Positions 19,662-28,454 of a stretch of 46,150 nt of DNA are shown here, in pieces. The notes below the pieces were generated by a model that ran no database searches, was not told where the DNA came from, and saw nothing but the letters and a program-made list of their open reading frames with translations. The stretch comes from Clostridiales bacterium (GTDB lineage Bacteria; Bacillota; Clostridia; Lachnospirales; Lachnospiraceae), in assembly GCA_963604695.1 (NCBI GenBank), contig CAVCTH010000001.1:1-46150 (forward strand), written 5' to 3'. Position numbers and translations under genes: made by a program. Every line of letters starts with the position of its first letter. The stretch's first letter is position 1.

Positions 19662-21803
19662 TTACAGCTTCATAGTCAGGGAAATCCGTTTCTTCTGCAC
19701 ATCCACGGATAACACTTTCACTTCCACGATATCTCCGACTTTCACCAGATCCAGCGGATGCTTGATGTACTTCTCGGACATCTGGGAAATGTGTACCAGG
19801 CCGTCCTGATGGACCCCGATGTCCACGAAGGCTCCGAAGTCCATAATATTGCGGACGGTTCCTTTGAGCACCATGCCCGGTGTCAGGTCTTTCATATCCA
19901 GCACGTCGCTTCGAAGCACCGGTTTCGGCATCTCATCACGCGGGTCGCGGGCCGGTTTTTCCAGTTCCTGTACGATGTCTTTGAGGGTCAGTTCGCCAAC
20001 GCCCAGATCCTCTGCCGTCTCTTTCAGATGCAGCACCTTTTTGGAAATGCCCTTCAGGCCGCCTCCGGTGATATCCTCCGGGGAATAGCCCAGGGAAGTC
20101 AGAAGCTTCATGGCTGCCTCATAGCTCTCCGGATGCACACTGGTGGTATCCAGCGGATTGTCGCCATTCATAATGCGAAGGAAGCCCGCGCACTGCTCGA
20201 ATGCTTTCGGTCCCAGCTTTGGCACTTTCAGAAGCTCACGGCGGTCTGCGAAGCGGCCGTTTGCCTCCCGGTAAGCCACGATATTTTTCGCCAGCGTCTT
20301 GGTAATACCGGAAATATACTCCAGGAGCGGTGCAGACGCAGTATTCAGGTCCACGCCTACCTTATTTACGGAATCCTCTACCACACCGCCCAGAGCTTCG
20401 CTCAAACGCTTCTGGTTCATGTCATGCTGATACTGGCCGACACCGATGGCTTTCGGATCAATCTTCACCAATTCTGCCAGGGGATCCTGCAGACGTCTTG
20501 CGATGGATGCAGCACTTCTCTGTCCCACATCAAAGTTCGGGAACTCCTCGGTTGCCAGCTTGCTGGCGGAATAGACGGAAGCACCGGACTCGCTGACGAT
20601 CACATACTGGACTTTCTCCGGAATCTCCTTCAAAAGCTCCACAATCACCTGTTCAGACTCTCTGGAAGCGGTTCCGTTTCCAAGGGAAATCAGCGTGATA
20701 TGGTATTTTCTGATGAGCTTTTTCAGCACTTCTTTGGCTTCTTTGACTTTATTCTGGGGTGCGGTCGGGTAAATCACCACCGTATCCAGCACCTTTCCCG
20801 TGGGATCTACCACGGCCAGCTTACATCCGGTACGGAACGCCGGGTCCCATCCAAGGACAGTCTGTCCTGCGATAGGGGGCTGCATGAGCAGCTGCTCTAA
20901 GTTCTTTCCAAATACCCGGATGGCGCCTTCCTCCGCCTGATCCGTCAGGGCATTCCGGATCTCACGCTCAATGGCCGGTGCAATCAGACGCTGATAGCTG
21001 TCCTTCACGGTTGCTTCCAGTACCGGGGTCGTATACGGATTGTCCCGGCTGATGACCCGGCTCTCCAGATAGCTTAAAATCTCTGCCTCCGGCGCTTCAA
21101 TCTTCACGGTCAGGATTTTTTCGGATTCTCCGCGGTTCAGCGCCAGTGTCCGGTGTCCTGCCATTTTATGCAGCGGCTGGCAGAAATGATAGTAAGTCTC
21201 ATAAACCGACTGAACCTGGTCGTCCTTTGCCTCGGAGGTAATCATACCTTCCTTCATGGTCTTGTTGCGGATCCAGGTACGGTAATCCGCCTCATCGGAA
21301 ATGCTCTCCGCAATAATATCCATGGCTCCTGCAATGGCTTCCTCCGCCGTAGAGACCTCCTTTTCTTCGGAAAGATAACTCTCTGCCTCTTCCTCCAGCG
21401 GCCGGGTAGTCATCTGTAAAAGGATCATGTCTGCCAGCCCCTCCAGACCTTTTTCCTTTGCAATGGTGGCACGGGTACGGCGTTTCGGACGGTAGGGACG
21501 GTAAAGGTCATCCACCGCCACCTGGGTCTGTGCCTCCTCAATTGCTTTTTTCAGCTCATCGGTCAGCTTTCCCTGCTCTTCGATACTGGAAATAACCTGT
21601 GCCTTCTTCTCCTCCAGGTTACGCAAATATGTCAGCCGTTCGTCCAGATTACGGAGCTGCTCATCGTTCAGCGCACCGGTGGCTTCCTTCCGGTAACGGG
21701 AAATAAACGGAATGGTATTTCCCTCATCAATCAGCTTCACCGCTGCCTCTACCTGTCCCCGTCTTACCTGAAGTTCCTCTGTCAGTTTCTGTATGATATC
21801 CAT
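19662..21803 (-). CDS. tex: Tex-family RNA-binding transcription accessory protein (YqgF, HhH and S1 domains)
   Basis: Motifs GNTIPFISRYRKEATG, DPAFRTGCK, GNGTASRE and ARRLQDPLAELVKIDPK; C-terminal S1 FGAFVDIGVHQDGLVHIS. Confidence 0.95.
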   Translation of the reverse strand: MDIIQKLTEELQVRRGQVEAAVKLIDEGNTIPFISRYRKEATGALNDEQLRNLDERLTYLRNLEEKKAQVISSIEEQGKLTDELKKAIEEAQTQVAVDDLYRPYRPKRRTRATIAKEKGLEGLADMILLQMTTRPLEEEAESYLSEEKEVSTAEEAIAGAMDIIAESISDEADYRTWIRNKTMKEGMITSEAKDDQVQSVYETYYHFCQPLHKMAGHRTLALNRGESEKILTVKIEAPEAEILSYLESRVISRDNPYTTPVLEATVKDSYQRLIAPAIEREIRNALTDQAEEGAIRVFGKNLEQLLMQPPIAGQTVLGWDPAFRTGCKLAVVDPTGKVLDTVVIYPTAPQNKVKEAKEVLKKLIRKYHITLISLGNGTASRESEQVIVELLKEIPEKVQYVIVSESGASVYSASKLATEEFPNFDVGQRSAASIARRLQDPLAELVKIDPKAIGVGQYQHDMNQKRLSEALGGVVEDSVNKVGVDLNTASAPLLEYISGITKTLAKNIVAYREANGRFADRRELLKVPKLGPKAFEQCAGFLRIMNGDNPLDTTSVHPESYEAAMKLLTSLGYSPEDITGGGLKGISKKVLHLKETAEDLGVGELTLKDIVQELEKPARDPRDEMPKPVLRSDVLDMKDLTPGMVLKGTVRNIMDFGAFVDIGVHQDGLVHISQMSEKYIKHPLDLVKVGDIVEVKVLSVDVQKKRISLTMKL

Positions 21804-21847
21804 CTGGCTGTTTTTCCTTCCTCTCTTTGGTAAAATCTTCAGATAAC

Positions 21848-21877
21848 AGTATAATGGGTATCCTTGTCTTGTGTCAA
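21848..21877 (-). promoter_or_regulatory. SigA promoter of tex
   Basis: TTGACA-18 nt-TATACT; the -35 lies in the foot of the upstream hairpin. Confidence 0.7.
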
Positions 21878-21921
21878 CGCAAAAGAACCCAGGCCGGACT
21901 ACCTGGGTTCTTTCGCGTTGA
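21874..21921 (-). terminator. Long hairpin/terminator ending the candidate sRNA
   Basis: Minus strand CAACGCGAAAGAACCCAGG-TAGTCCGG-CCTGGGTTCTTTTGCGTTG. Confidence 0.75.
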
Positions 21922-22047
21922 AATGTATATAACTACTAAGGGGATAGAGAAAAGCAAAAAAGAAGGAGACAGGACTGGTTTACAGTGCTATCTCCTTTGA
22001 TAACTGGTTTCCGCTTTTCTAATCAGAAGTACATTCGCTTCTGATGT
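21878..22047 (-). ncRNA. Candidate ~170-nt stand-alone small RNA
   Basis: Own consensus promoter, two structured domains with minus-strand-only G:U pairs, a single-stranded UCCCCUU segment and a terminator; no credible ORF. Ends are approximate. Confidence 0.65.
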
Positions 22048-22052
22048 TTTGT

Positions 22053-22080
22053 ATTATAGCGTGTTTTTTCCCGATGTCAA
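22053..22080 (-). promoter_or_regulatory. Consensus SigA promoter of the candidate sRNA
   Basis: TTGACA-16 nt-TATAAT, both hexamers perfect. Confidence 0.8.
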
Positions 22081-22136
22081 CGGAATCCGGACACTTCCGT
22101 AATATTTTTATTTTTTCCGGAATTCCGGCCTAAAAT

Positions 22137-25100
22137 TTACGGCAGGTTTCCCTCCACATAATAGGTCAGCTTCACAGATCCTGAAAAGCTTCCGCTTCCT
22201 CTGACCTTGATGGTGTTCTTACCGGATTTTACAGTCTTTGGATATATGACCGTATAATCCTGTCCATTGATACGGGTCTTGCCTGCGTAGGTTACCGTGA
22301 TATCCGGATACAGGGTTCCATTCTGCACCAGGGAGACCTGTGCATCCTTCAGCTTCGGTCCGGTAATCTTGAATTTCACTGTCCTGCTTCCGGTATAGTT
22401 GCCGATTCCGGTAATCAGAATCTTTGCCGAACCTTTTTCCACATTGCTGCTGTAGCTTACAACGTAATCCACTCCTTCGGTCAGTTTCATCTTGTTATAG
22501 GTGAGGTTGACTCCCGGTGTCAGCTCCTGACCGGTATACAGGAACTTCTTTCCTGCTACAGATGCCTTTACCTTTTTCGCAATATTCTGCGGCTGAATCG
22601 TGAAATATACATGCTTTACACCGCTGTACCCACCCGCTTCGATACCACGAATCACAATCGCTGCGGTTCCGACTTCTACATTATTCTCATAGGACACAGT
22701 GTATTGCCTGCCCTGTTTCAGCTTCTTTCTTGTGGCCGGATCCTTTACCGTAATCTTCGGGGTAATTCCTTTGCCGGTATAGCTCTGTACCTTAATATTT
22801 CCAACCGTCACATCCAGTGTATCCGGTTCCTGCTCCTCTGCAGCCTGCTCCTCCGCGGACGGTTCCTGCCAGGACGGTGCTGCCGGGGCAGAGGGCTGTT
22901 CCGGGGCGGATGGGGACACCGGATTGGACGGAGTAGATGGTTCTGTCGGTGTCGTCGGTTCCTCGGTTGGGGTGGATGATCCATTTTCAACAATTTCAAA
23001 AGAAACTGTCTTCGTATTTCCATAATTTCCCATGCCCGCAACAATAGCCTGGCCAGTTCCTACTTCTATGTTATTACGATAAGAAACCGTATAATCTACA
23101 TTTTCCTTCAGACTTTTTCCGTTATCCTTCACTTCCAGTGCCGGTTTTAATTCACTTCCTGTATAGTACTGATTCGGAACAGATCCTACCGTAACACCGG
23201 CCATGTTCTTAGGTGTAATGGTCCCGGTTGTTTCCAGACTGTTTGTACTTAATTCATAATTGTCTGCCGTATCACCTGACAGAGAAATGTCTGCAATATG
23301 AACCCCAATACCGGAGGCGGCATTTGCTGATTGGTAAACCGCACTGCCTGCTGTTGCGCTAATCTGTTCCCCGGCTACGACATTATACAGGTGAATCGCC
23401 AGGTTCCCCGCCCCGGCGGCTACGGTCCCATCATATTCCTTGCTGATTCCGGCATCAACCGATGGTGTCACTGTTCTCTTCTTCACGACATACGTCTTTT
23501 TCACAGATCCATTGTAGCTGCCTTGACCGGTAATTTTGATCTCATAACTTCCGGCATTTTTAATCTCCGGCTCTACCGTAATTTTATAATCTGTATTCTC
23601 AGTTAAAGTCGCATTTCCATTTTTTACGCTGATCAGGCCGCCCGGTTCTGTGGTGTTTCCATCGTACACTTTTGAAAAAGCTTTGAGCTCTACCATTGCA
23701 TCCGTGATCTGTGTCTTATCTGTCGGTACCGTATAACGTCCAGCTGTCAACTTTAATTCTTCATCGCCATACAATGATTTCATATTGGCATTATATACAT
23801 AAGAAATGGACGTATTGTCAACTGATACAGTATAGCTGCTTTCAACAGTTCCTGTCGCACCCACCAGGAATAACTTGTCAGGAGAACCAATCGAACCATT
23901 ATCACAATTTGTCACATCTACCAGATAGTTATTTCCATCATCCATATGCACGATATTCCACATATGGCCTCCGCCTTTACTTCCGCTCCTCATGGTACCT
24001 GTCACCGTATAGCAGGTAATCTCTTCACTTTCAAACTCTGACAGATCACACAGATACTGGAATGCTTTGGAATATCCTTCGCATACAACATTGGTAGTTG
24101 GATCATTATCAAACACATAAATCAACTGCCACGGATCTCCATATCCATCCGCATAAGACGCGCTTGCCGCTTCACTATTATAGGATACCAGATCACAGAT
24201 TTTCCCGCGATATGCGTACAGCTTTTCATAATCTGACATAGAATCACATACATCAACGATAGATTGTGCATTTTTTGCTGCCGCTGATGGTGCTGTAGCT
24301 TTCGAAGGGTCAATGTAATAACTGTTATCTTTATCCGACGGATCTGTTCCCTTATATGCTGCTGCCGGTGTGAAACGGACTTTCAAATCTCTTACATAAG
24401 CGGTCGACCCAGTTCGATAAATACTATATTCCCATATAGCACCGACTGTCTTATCATACCAGTACATATCATACGGGCAGTCTACTAAAAGCGCAGATAT
24501 AAACTGGTTCTTCTGCACTGTATCTGTAAAATGTTCTTGTGCTTCTTTTCGTAAAGCCTCTCCTGTTGCTGTTGTCTGCCACGTAATGCCAGGATCATCC
24601 GGAATCGTAACGACCGCAGTTCCGCCTTCATTGGCTATCGTTTGGGCAAATTCTTTTAACTGCCGGTAGATACGGAGATTTACTCCTTCAAATTTGCGTT
24701 CTCCATAATTCGCGTAAGTGGATATGGCATCATTTCCATACAGAACCTGCTCTGCATGTCCGGCAAAGAGTTCCTCATTATCCGGCAGATCTTCCAGAAT
24801 TTCCGGGTCAATTTCCGCTGTTTCCTCTACTGTCAGAAGCTGCTCTTCTGCATCCTCCTGCTCCGGAACTTCCTCTTCTGCATCCTCCTGCCCTGGATTT
24901 TCCTCTTCTGCCTCTTCAGCAGACACTCCCGTCTCAGGTTCTTCTGCCAGACTTGCCTCCGAAGACATGGCAGGAACTGCTTCCTGCTCTTCCACTACCG
25001 TTATTTCGTCCGTTGATTCTTCTGCGGATTCTGTTTTCGTATCTGTATCAGCAGGATCAGAAACCTCGTCCGTCACCCCGGCCGCTTTCTCCGTAACAAC

Positions 25101-25220
25101 GGATTCCGTACTGCTTTCTTCCGCACGCACTTCCATCATACAGGAATAATCGATGGCTGAACTCATCATCACAGCCGCCAGCGCAATTGCAAATATGCGC
25201 TTTCCCATGTGCCTTTTCAT
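22137..25220 (-). CDS. Large secreted/surface protein with a transglutaminase-like (Cys-His-Asp) domain, a YDG-type domain and MBG/Ig-like repeats
   Basis: Signal peptide, acidic linker, VVCEGYSKAF...HMWNIV...YLVDVT, SKEYDG, several YTG..LxP...DYxVxYxNNxxxGxA..GxGNYxG repeats and a Pro/Thr/Ser linker. Start set at ATG 25220 after GGAGG. Confidence 0.8.
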   Translation of the reverse strand: MKRHMGKRIFAIALAAVMMSSAIDYSCMMEVRAEESSTESVVTEKAAGVTDEVSDPADTDTKTESAEESTDEITVVEEQEAVPAMSSEASLAEEPETGVSAEEAEEENPGQEDAEEEVPEQEDAEEQLLTVEETAEIDPEILEDLPDNEELFAGHAEQVLYGNDAISTYANYGERKFEGVNLRIYRQLKEFAQTIANEGGTAVVTIPDDPGITWQTTATGEALRKEAQEHFTDTVQKNQFISALLVDCPYDMYWYDKTVGAIWEYSIYRTGSTAYVRDLKVRFTPAAAYKGTDPSDKDNSYYIDPSKATAPSAAAKNAQSIVDVCDSMSDYEKLYAYRGKICDLVSYNSEAASASYADGYGDPWQLIYVFDNDPTTNVVCEGYSKAFQYLCDLSEFESEEITCYTVTGTMRSGSKGGGHMWNIVHMDDGNNYLVDVTNCDNGSIGSPDKLFLVGATGTVESSYTVSVDNTSISYVYNANMKSLYGDEELKLTAGRYTVPTDKTQITDAMVELKAFSKVYDGNTTEPGGLISVKNGNATLTENTDYKITVEPEIKNAGSYEIKITGQGSYNGSVKKTYVVKKRTVTPSVDAGISKEYDGTVAAGAGNLAIHLYNVVAGEQISATAGSAVYQSANAASGIGVHIADISLSGDTADNYELSTNSLETTGTITPKNMAGVTVGSVPNQYYTGSELKPALEVKDNGKSLKENVDYTVSYRNNIEVGTGQAIVAGMGNYGNTKTVSFEIVENGSSTPTEEPTTPTEPSTPSNPVSPSAPEQPSAPAAPSWQEPSAEEQAAEEQEPDTLDVTVGNIKVQSYTGKGITPKITVKDPATRKKLKQGRQYTVSYENNVEVGTAAIVIRGIEAGGYSGVKHVYFTIQPQNIAKKVKASVAGKKFLYTGQELTPGVNLTYNKMKLTEGVDYVVSYSSNVEKGSAKILITGIGNYTGSRTVKFKITGPKLKDAQVSLVQNGTLYPDITVTYAGKTRINGQDYTVIYPKTVKSGKNTIKVRGSGSFSGSVKLTYYVEGNLP
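24843..24911. repeat. 30-bp tandem repeat (about 2.3 copies) encoding acidic AEEExPxQED units
   Basis: CTCTTCTGCATCCTCCTGC at 24843 and 24873; partial third copy CTCTTCTGC at 24903. Confidence 0.75.
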
Positions 25221-25326
25221 GTATACCTCCCATTTGCATATGATGTATTTTCTCTCCAATATTACCATTATCTGGTTATGAACGAAAGACTGTTTTCACA
25301 AAATGGACACACTTTTCATTTTCCGA

Positions 25327-26859
25327 TTATTCTCTCTCGTATCCCTTCGGCGCCTTTTTCCGGAACACATCGTCCCCGTATTTCACGCCCAGTACCAGCA
25401 GCACAGCTGCAAGCACGATCAGAGCAATCACTGCCCACTGGGTGGTGCTGAGCATGCTTAAGTTAAAGCATCTCACATTGATCCACATCTGATTGATATT
25501 TTTATTGCCCTCGTCGTCAAAATACATCATGACGGCGCTCCGGCTGATCTCTTCCTCACTGGGATACTGTGCGGAAAGCTGGCGGTGTGCCTGCTCTGCC
25601 GGTGCGGTGATCACATAGTCCTCATCTGCATTATCCCCGGTAAAGAAATAACCCACCGGATATTCGATGGTATCTTCTTCCCCTTCTTCGGCGCCGTAGG
25701 TCCAGTCCAGATAATGAAATACCACATCACTGTCCCCGCCTGCAATGGCAGAGGTATAGCCGATATAATACATGTTGCGGACAGCGCTTTCCGGCTTGGA
25801 CAGATAATTGATAAATGCCTCTGCTGCCTGTTTTTTTGCTGCATCCTGACCGATGCCGCTCTTTAACATGACCCATCCGTCAAACCACAGGTTCGTACAC
25901 TCTTCCGGAACGGCCCAGTCCAGATAGAAATCGTCTTCCTCTGCCTGCTCCATGGCATAGACTGCATCCCCGGACCACTGCAGATTGGCCACGACCTTTC
26001 CGCTGATCATATCCGCTTTTCCGCTGTCCGTTTCAAAGGAGTAGACATTGGCACGGATGTCTTTTAACTTTTCTTCTGCCTTATCAATGGTCTCTTTCTC
26101 CGTATCATTCATAATGGCTGACAGCCGGTCTTTGTAATCCGCGCTGTTCCGAAAAGAAGCATCCAGAAGCTGCTCCCGGTTCAGAATCGCCAGGGTCGGA
26201 AAATAGGCGTCGCGCACGTTGTCCTTAATGGTGACCTGGCGGTAAAATTTCGGATTTTCCAGGATGGTCCAGGTGGAGGCTTCCTCCTCCGTCACCTCCT
26301 CCGGATTATACACCATGCCGGTGATGCCCCACATATATCCGGCTGCATAATCAGCCCAGTATTTACCGTCAATCTGGTTTTCCTCAAATACGCCATTTAT
26401 ATAAGGAGAGACTCCATTCACATAATAGTTATTTTCATTGTCCCGGTCAAAAAATTCCTGTGAAAGCGGTTCCAGCTTATCCTCCTTCAGAAGCTTCATG
26501 ATCATATAGTCGGAAGGACACACCAGATCATAGACATTTCCCAGGTTCAGCTGGCTGTACAGCTCCTCGTTGGTGCCGAAGGTGGAGTACTCAACCTTCA
26601 CCTTTTTCCCATAGGTATCCTGATACCACTGTTCAAAATCCTCGACCAGGGAATGTTCCCCGAAAATATCGCCGCTGTCCAGGTCGATGACTTCCTCCTC
26701 GTCCCAGCCGCCTTCGTCGATGTATTCCTCCCAGTTGCAGACCCTTAAGACAATGGTGTCACTTCCGGCCTGACTGCCTGATGCCTGCACCGGAATGACA
26801 GACACAAGGGATGCCCCCGTCACGGCTGCCAGGGCTGCCGCAGAAATTCTCTTATTCAT
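25327..26859 (-). CDS. potD: Spermidine/putrescine ABC transporter substrate-binding protein with C-terminal TM helix
   Basis: Motifs VCNWEEYID, FGTNEELYS, YDLVCPSDYMI, YMWGITG, WSGDA and NLWFDGWV. Start set at ATG 26859 after AAGGAGG. Confidence 0.85.
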   Translation of the reverse strand: MNKRISAAALAAVTGASLVSVIPVQASGSQAGSDTIVLRVCNWEEYIDEGGWDEEEVIDLDSGDIFGEHSLVEDFEQWYQDTYGKKVKVEYSTFGTNEELYSQLNLGNVYDLVCPSDYMIMKLLKEDKLEPLSQEFFDRDNENNYYVNGVSPYINGVFEENQIDGKYWADYAAGYMWGITGMVYNPEEVTEEEASTWTILENPKFYRQVTIKDNVRDAYFPTLAILNREQLLDASFRNSADYKDRLSAIMNDTEKETIDKAEEKLKDIRANVYSFETDSGKADMISGKVVANLQWSGDAVYAMEQAEEDDFYLDWAVPEECTNLWFDGWVMLKSGIGQDAAKKQAAEAFINYLSKPESAVRNMYYIGYTSAIAGGDSDVVFHYLDWTYGAEEGEEDTIEYPVGYFFTGDNADEDYVITAPAEQAHRQLSAQYPSEEEISRSAVMMYFDDEGNKNINQMWINVRCFNLSMLSTTQWAVIALIVLAAVLLVLGVKYGDDVFRKKAPKGYERE

Positions 26860-27652
26860 TGTCCGCACCTCCTTTTTTCTCACTAAGAAGGTTCCACACC
26901 AGCACGCCTGCCACGATCACCACGAAAATCACCGTGGACAGCGCCCAGAGCGCGGTCTTGATCTCCGTGTGGGAACCCTTGGTGGCATTGACCACATAGG
27001 TACTGATGGTGTCAAAGGTGGCCGGTTTCGTATAGGTGGTAATAAAATAATCATCCAGCGACAGGGTCACGGAAAGCATAAAGCCGGAAACAATGCCCGG
27101 AATCAGCTGCGGAATCACAACCTTCCGCAGTGCCACGCCGGCACTGGCTCCCAGATCCAGCGCTGCTTCATAGATACTGTTGTCCATCTGCTTTAATTTC
27201 GGCAGGACAGACAGGTAGACAAAGGGAGCCTCCATCACCACATGTCCCAGAATCATCGGAAAATAGGAATCCTTACTGAATCCAAGCACAACTATGAGAA
27301 GGACGCAGATGGAAAATCCGGTCACCACGTCCGCGTTGACCACCGGAACCTGATTGACAAAGTCAATAGCCCTCCTGGATCCTTTTTTGCTGTAAAAGGT
27401 GCCGATCGCACCGAGGGTTCCCAGAATCGTCGCAATGCAGGCCGAACCAAGGGCCAGGGCGAAGGTGCCGCCGATCATCCCCAGCAGCTCCCCTGTGGTA
27501 AACAGGGTCTTATAATTCTGCAGGGAAAAATTTCCGCCGGTGCCGATGGTAGCCGTGTCCATAAAGCTGTACACCGCCAGAATCAGTACCGGAAGGTACA
27601 TAAATAATAATACAATGCCAAGCCAGGCAGATCTCACCGTCTTTTTCATCAT
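26852..27652 (-). CDS. potC: Polyamine ABC transporter permease
   Basis: Motifs FMYLPVLIL, EAA loop YEAALDLGA and TLSLDDY. Confidence 0.9.
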   Translation of the reverse strand: MMKKTVRSAWLGIVLLFMYLPVLILAVYSFMDTATIGTGGNFSLQNYKTLFTTGELLGMIGGTFALALGSACIATILGTLGAIGTFYSKKGSRRAIDFVNQVPVVNADVVTGFSICVLLIVVLGFSKDSYFPMILGHVVMEAPFVYLSVLPKLKQMDNSIYEAALDLGASAGVALRKVVIPQLIPGIVSGFMLSVTLSLDDYFITTYTKPATFDTISTYVVNATKGSHTEIKTALWALSTVIFVVIVAGVLVWNLLSEKKGGADNE

Positions 27653-28440
27653 AAGATTGTCCCCCGTCCTGTCTCTTCTTCGCCAAATCCATTGGTCGCC
27701 CAGGTCACCAGGAAGATAATTGCCAGCAGCACAATGGAAATCATGGAACCGCTGTGCCAGTCATAGGCATTGAAATAGCTTCCGATCAGGCTTCCCATGA
27801 TGTAGGTACTGTTATAGAGCATATCCAGAATAACATAGTTGGTCATGGAAGGCAGGAACACCATGGTCACGCCGCTGATGAGTCCCGGCACGCTTAAGGG
27901 CAGCGTCACCTTTAAGAAGGTCCTCACCGGTCCCGCCCCCAGGTCAGCTGCCGCCTCCAGGAAGGATTTGTCCAGCTTGCCAAGGGTGGTGTAAAGGGGC
28001 AGGATCATGAAGGGCAGAAAATCATAGGTCATGCCGATCACCGTATTGAGGAACGGGTGATAGGCCAGATTTCCCTCGATCATGGTCAGCACTTCCTTCA
28101 ACGCCACCACCCGGAGCGTAAAGTTAATCCACATGGGCGCGATAAACAGCACCAGCAGGACATTTTTCTTCTTCATGTCGCTCCGCGCCAGGATATACGC
28201 CACCGGATAGGCTACCAGAGTACAGCATGCCGTTACCGTTGCCGCCACCACCAGACTGTAGCAGAGGGTTCCGATGGTATTTTCATCCGTAAAGAAATTG
28301 ATGAAATTCCCGGCGGTAAACTGTCCGGAGCCATTGGTAAATGCATAGTAGAGTATCACCAGAAGCGGAGCAACGACAAAGCAGATCAGAAATACCGCAT
28401 AGGGGATACCCAGCTGTTTTCTTGAAAAACGCAGGTTCAT
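27649..28440 (-). CDS. potB: Polyamine ABC transporter permease
   Basis: Motifs AYPVAY, PMWINF, YDFLPFMILPLY and EAAADLGA. Confidence 0.9.
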   Translation of the reverse strand: MNLRFSRKQLGIPYAVFLICFVVAPLLVILYYAFTNGSGQFTAGNFINFFTDENTIGTLCYSLVVAATVTACCTLVAYPVAYILARSDMKKKNVLLVLFIAPMWINFTLRVVALKEVLTMIEGNLAYHPFLNTVIGMTYDFLPFMILPLYTTLGKLDKSFLEAAADLGAGPVRTFLKVTLPLSVPGLISGVTMVFLPSMTNYVILDMLYNSTYIMGSLIGSYFNAYDWHSGSMISIVLLAIIFLVTWATNGFGEEETGRGTIL

Positions 28441-28454
28441 TCTTCGCTCTCCTT

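Noticed and set aside
21878..22047. sRNA candidate as 6S RNA, tRNA, T-box or a type I toxin mRNA
   Set aside because: The 5' and 3' ends do not pair into a single rod with a central bubble, there is no cloverleaf or T-box consensus, and no start codon follows the internal AAGGAG. A cmscan is still advisable.
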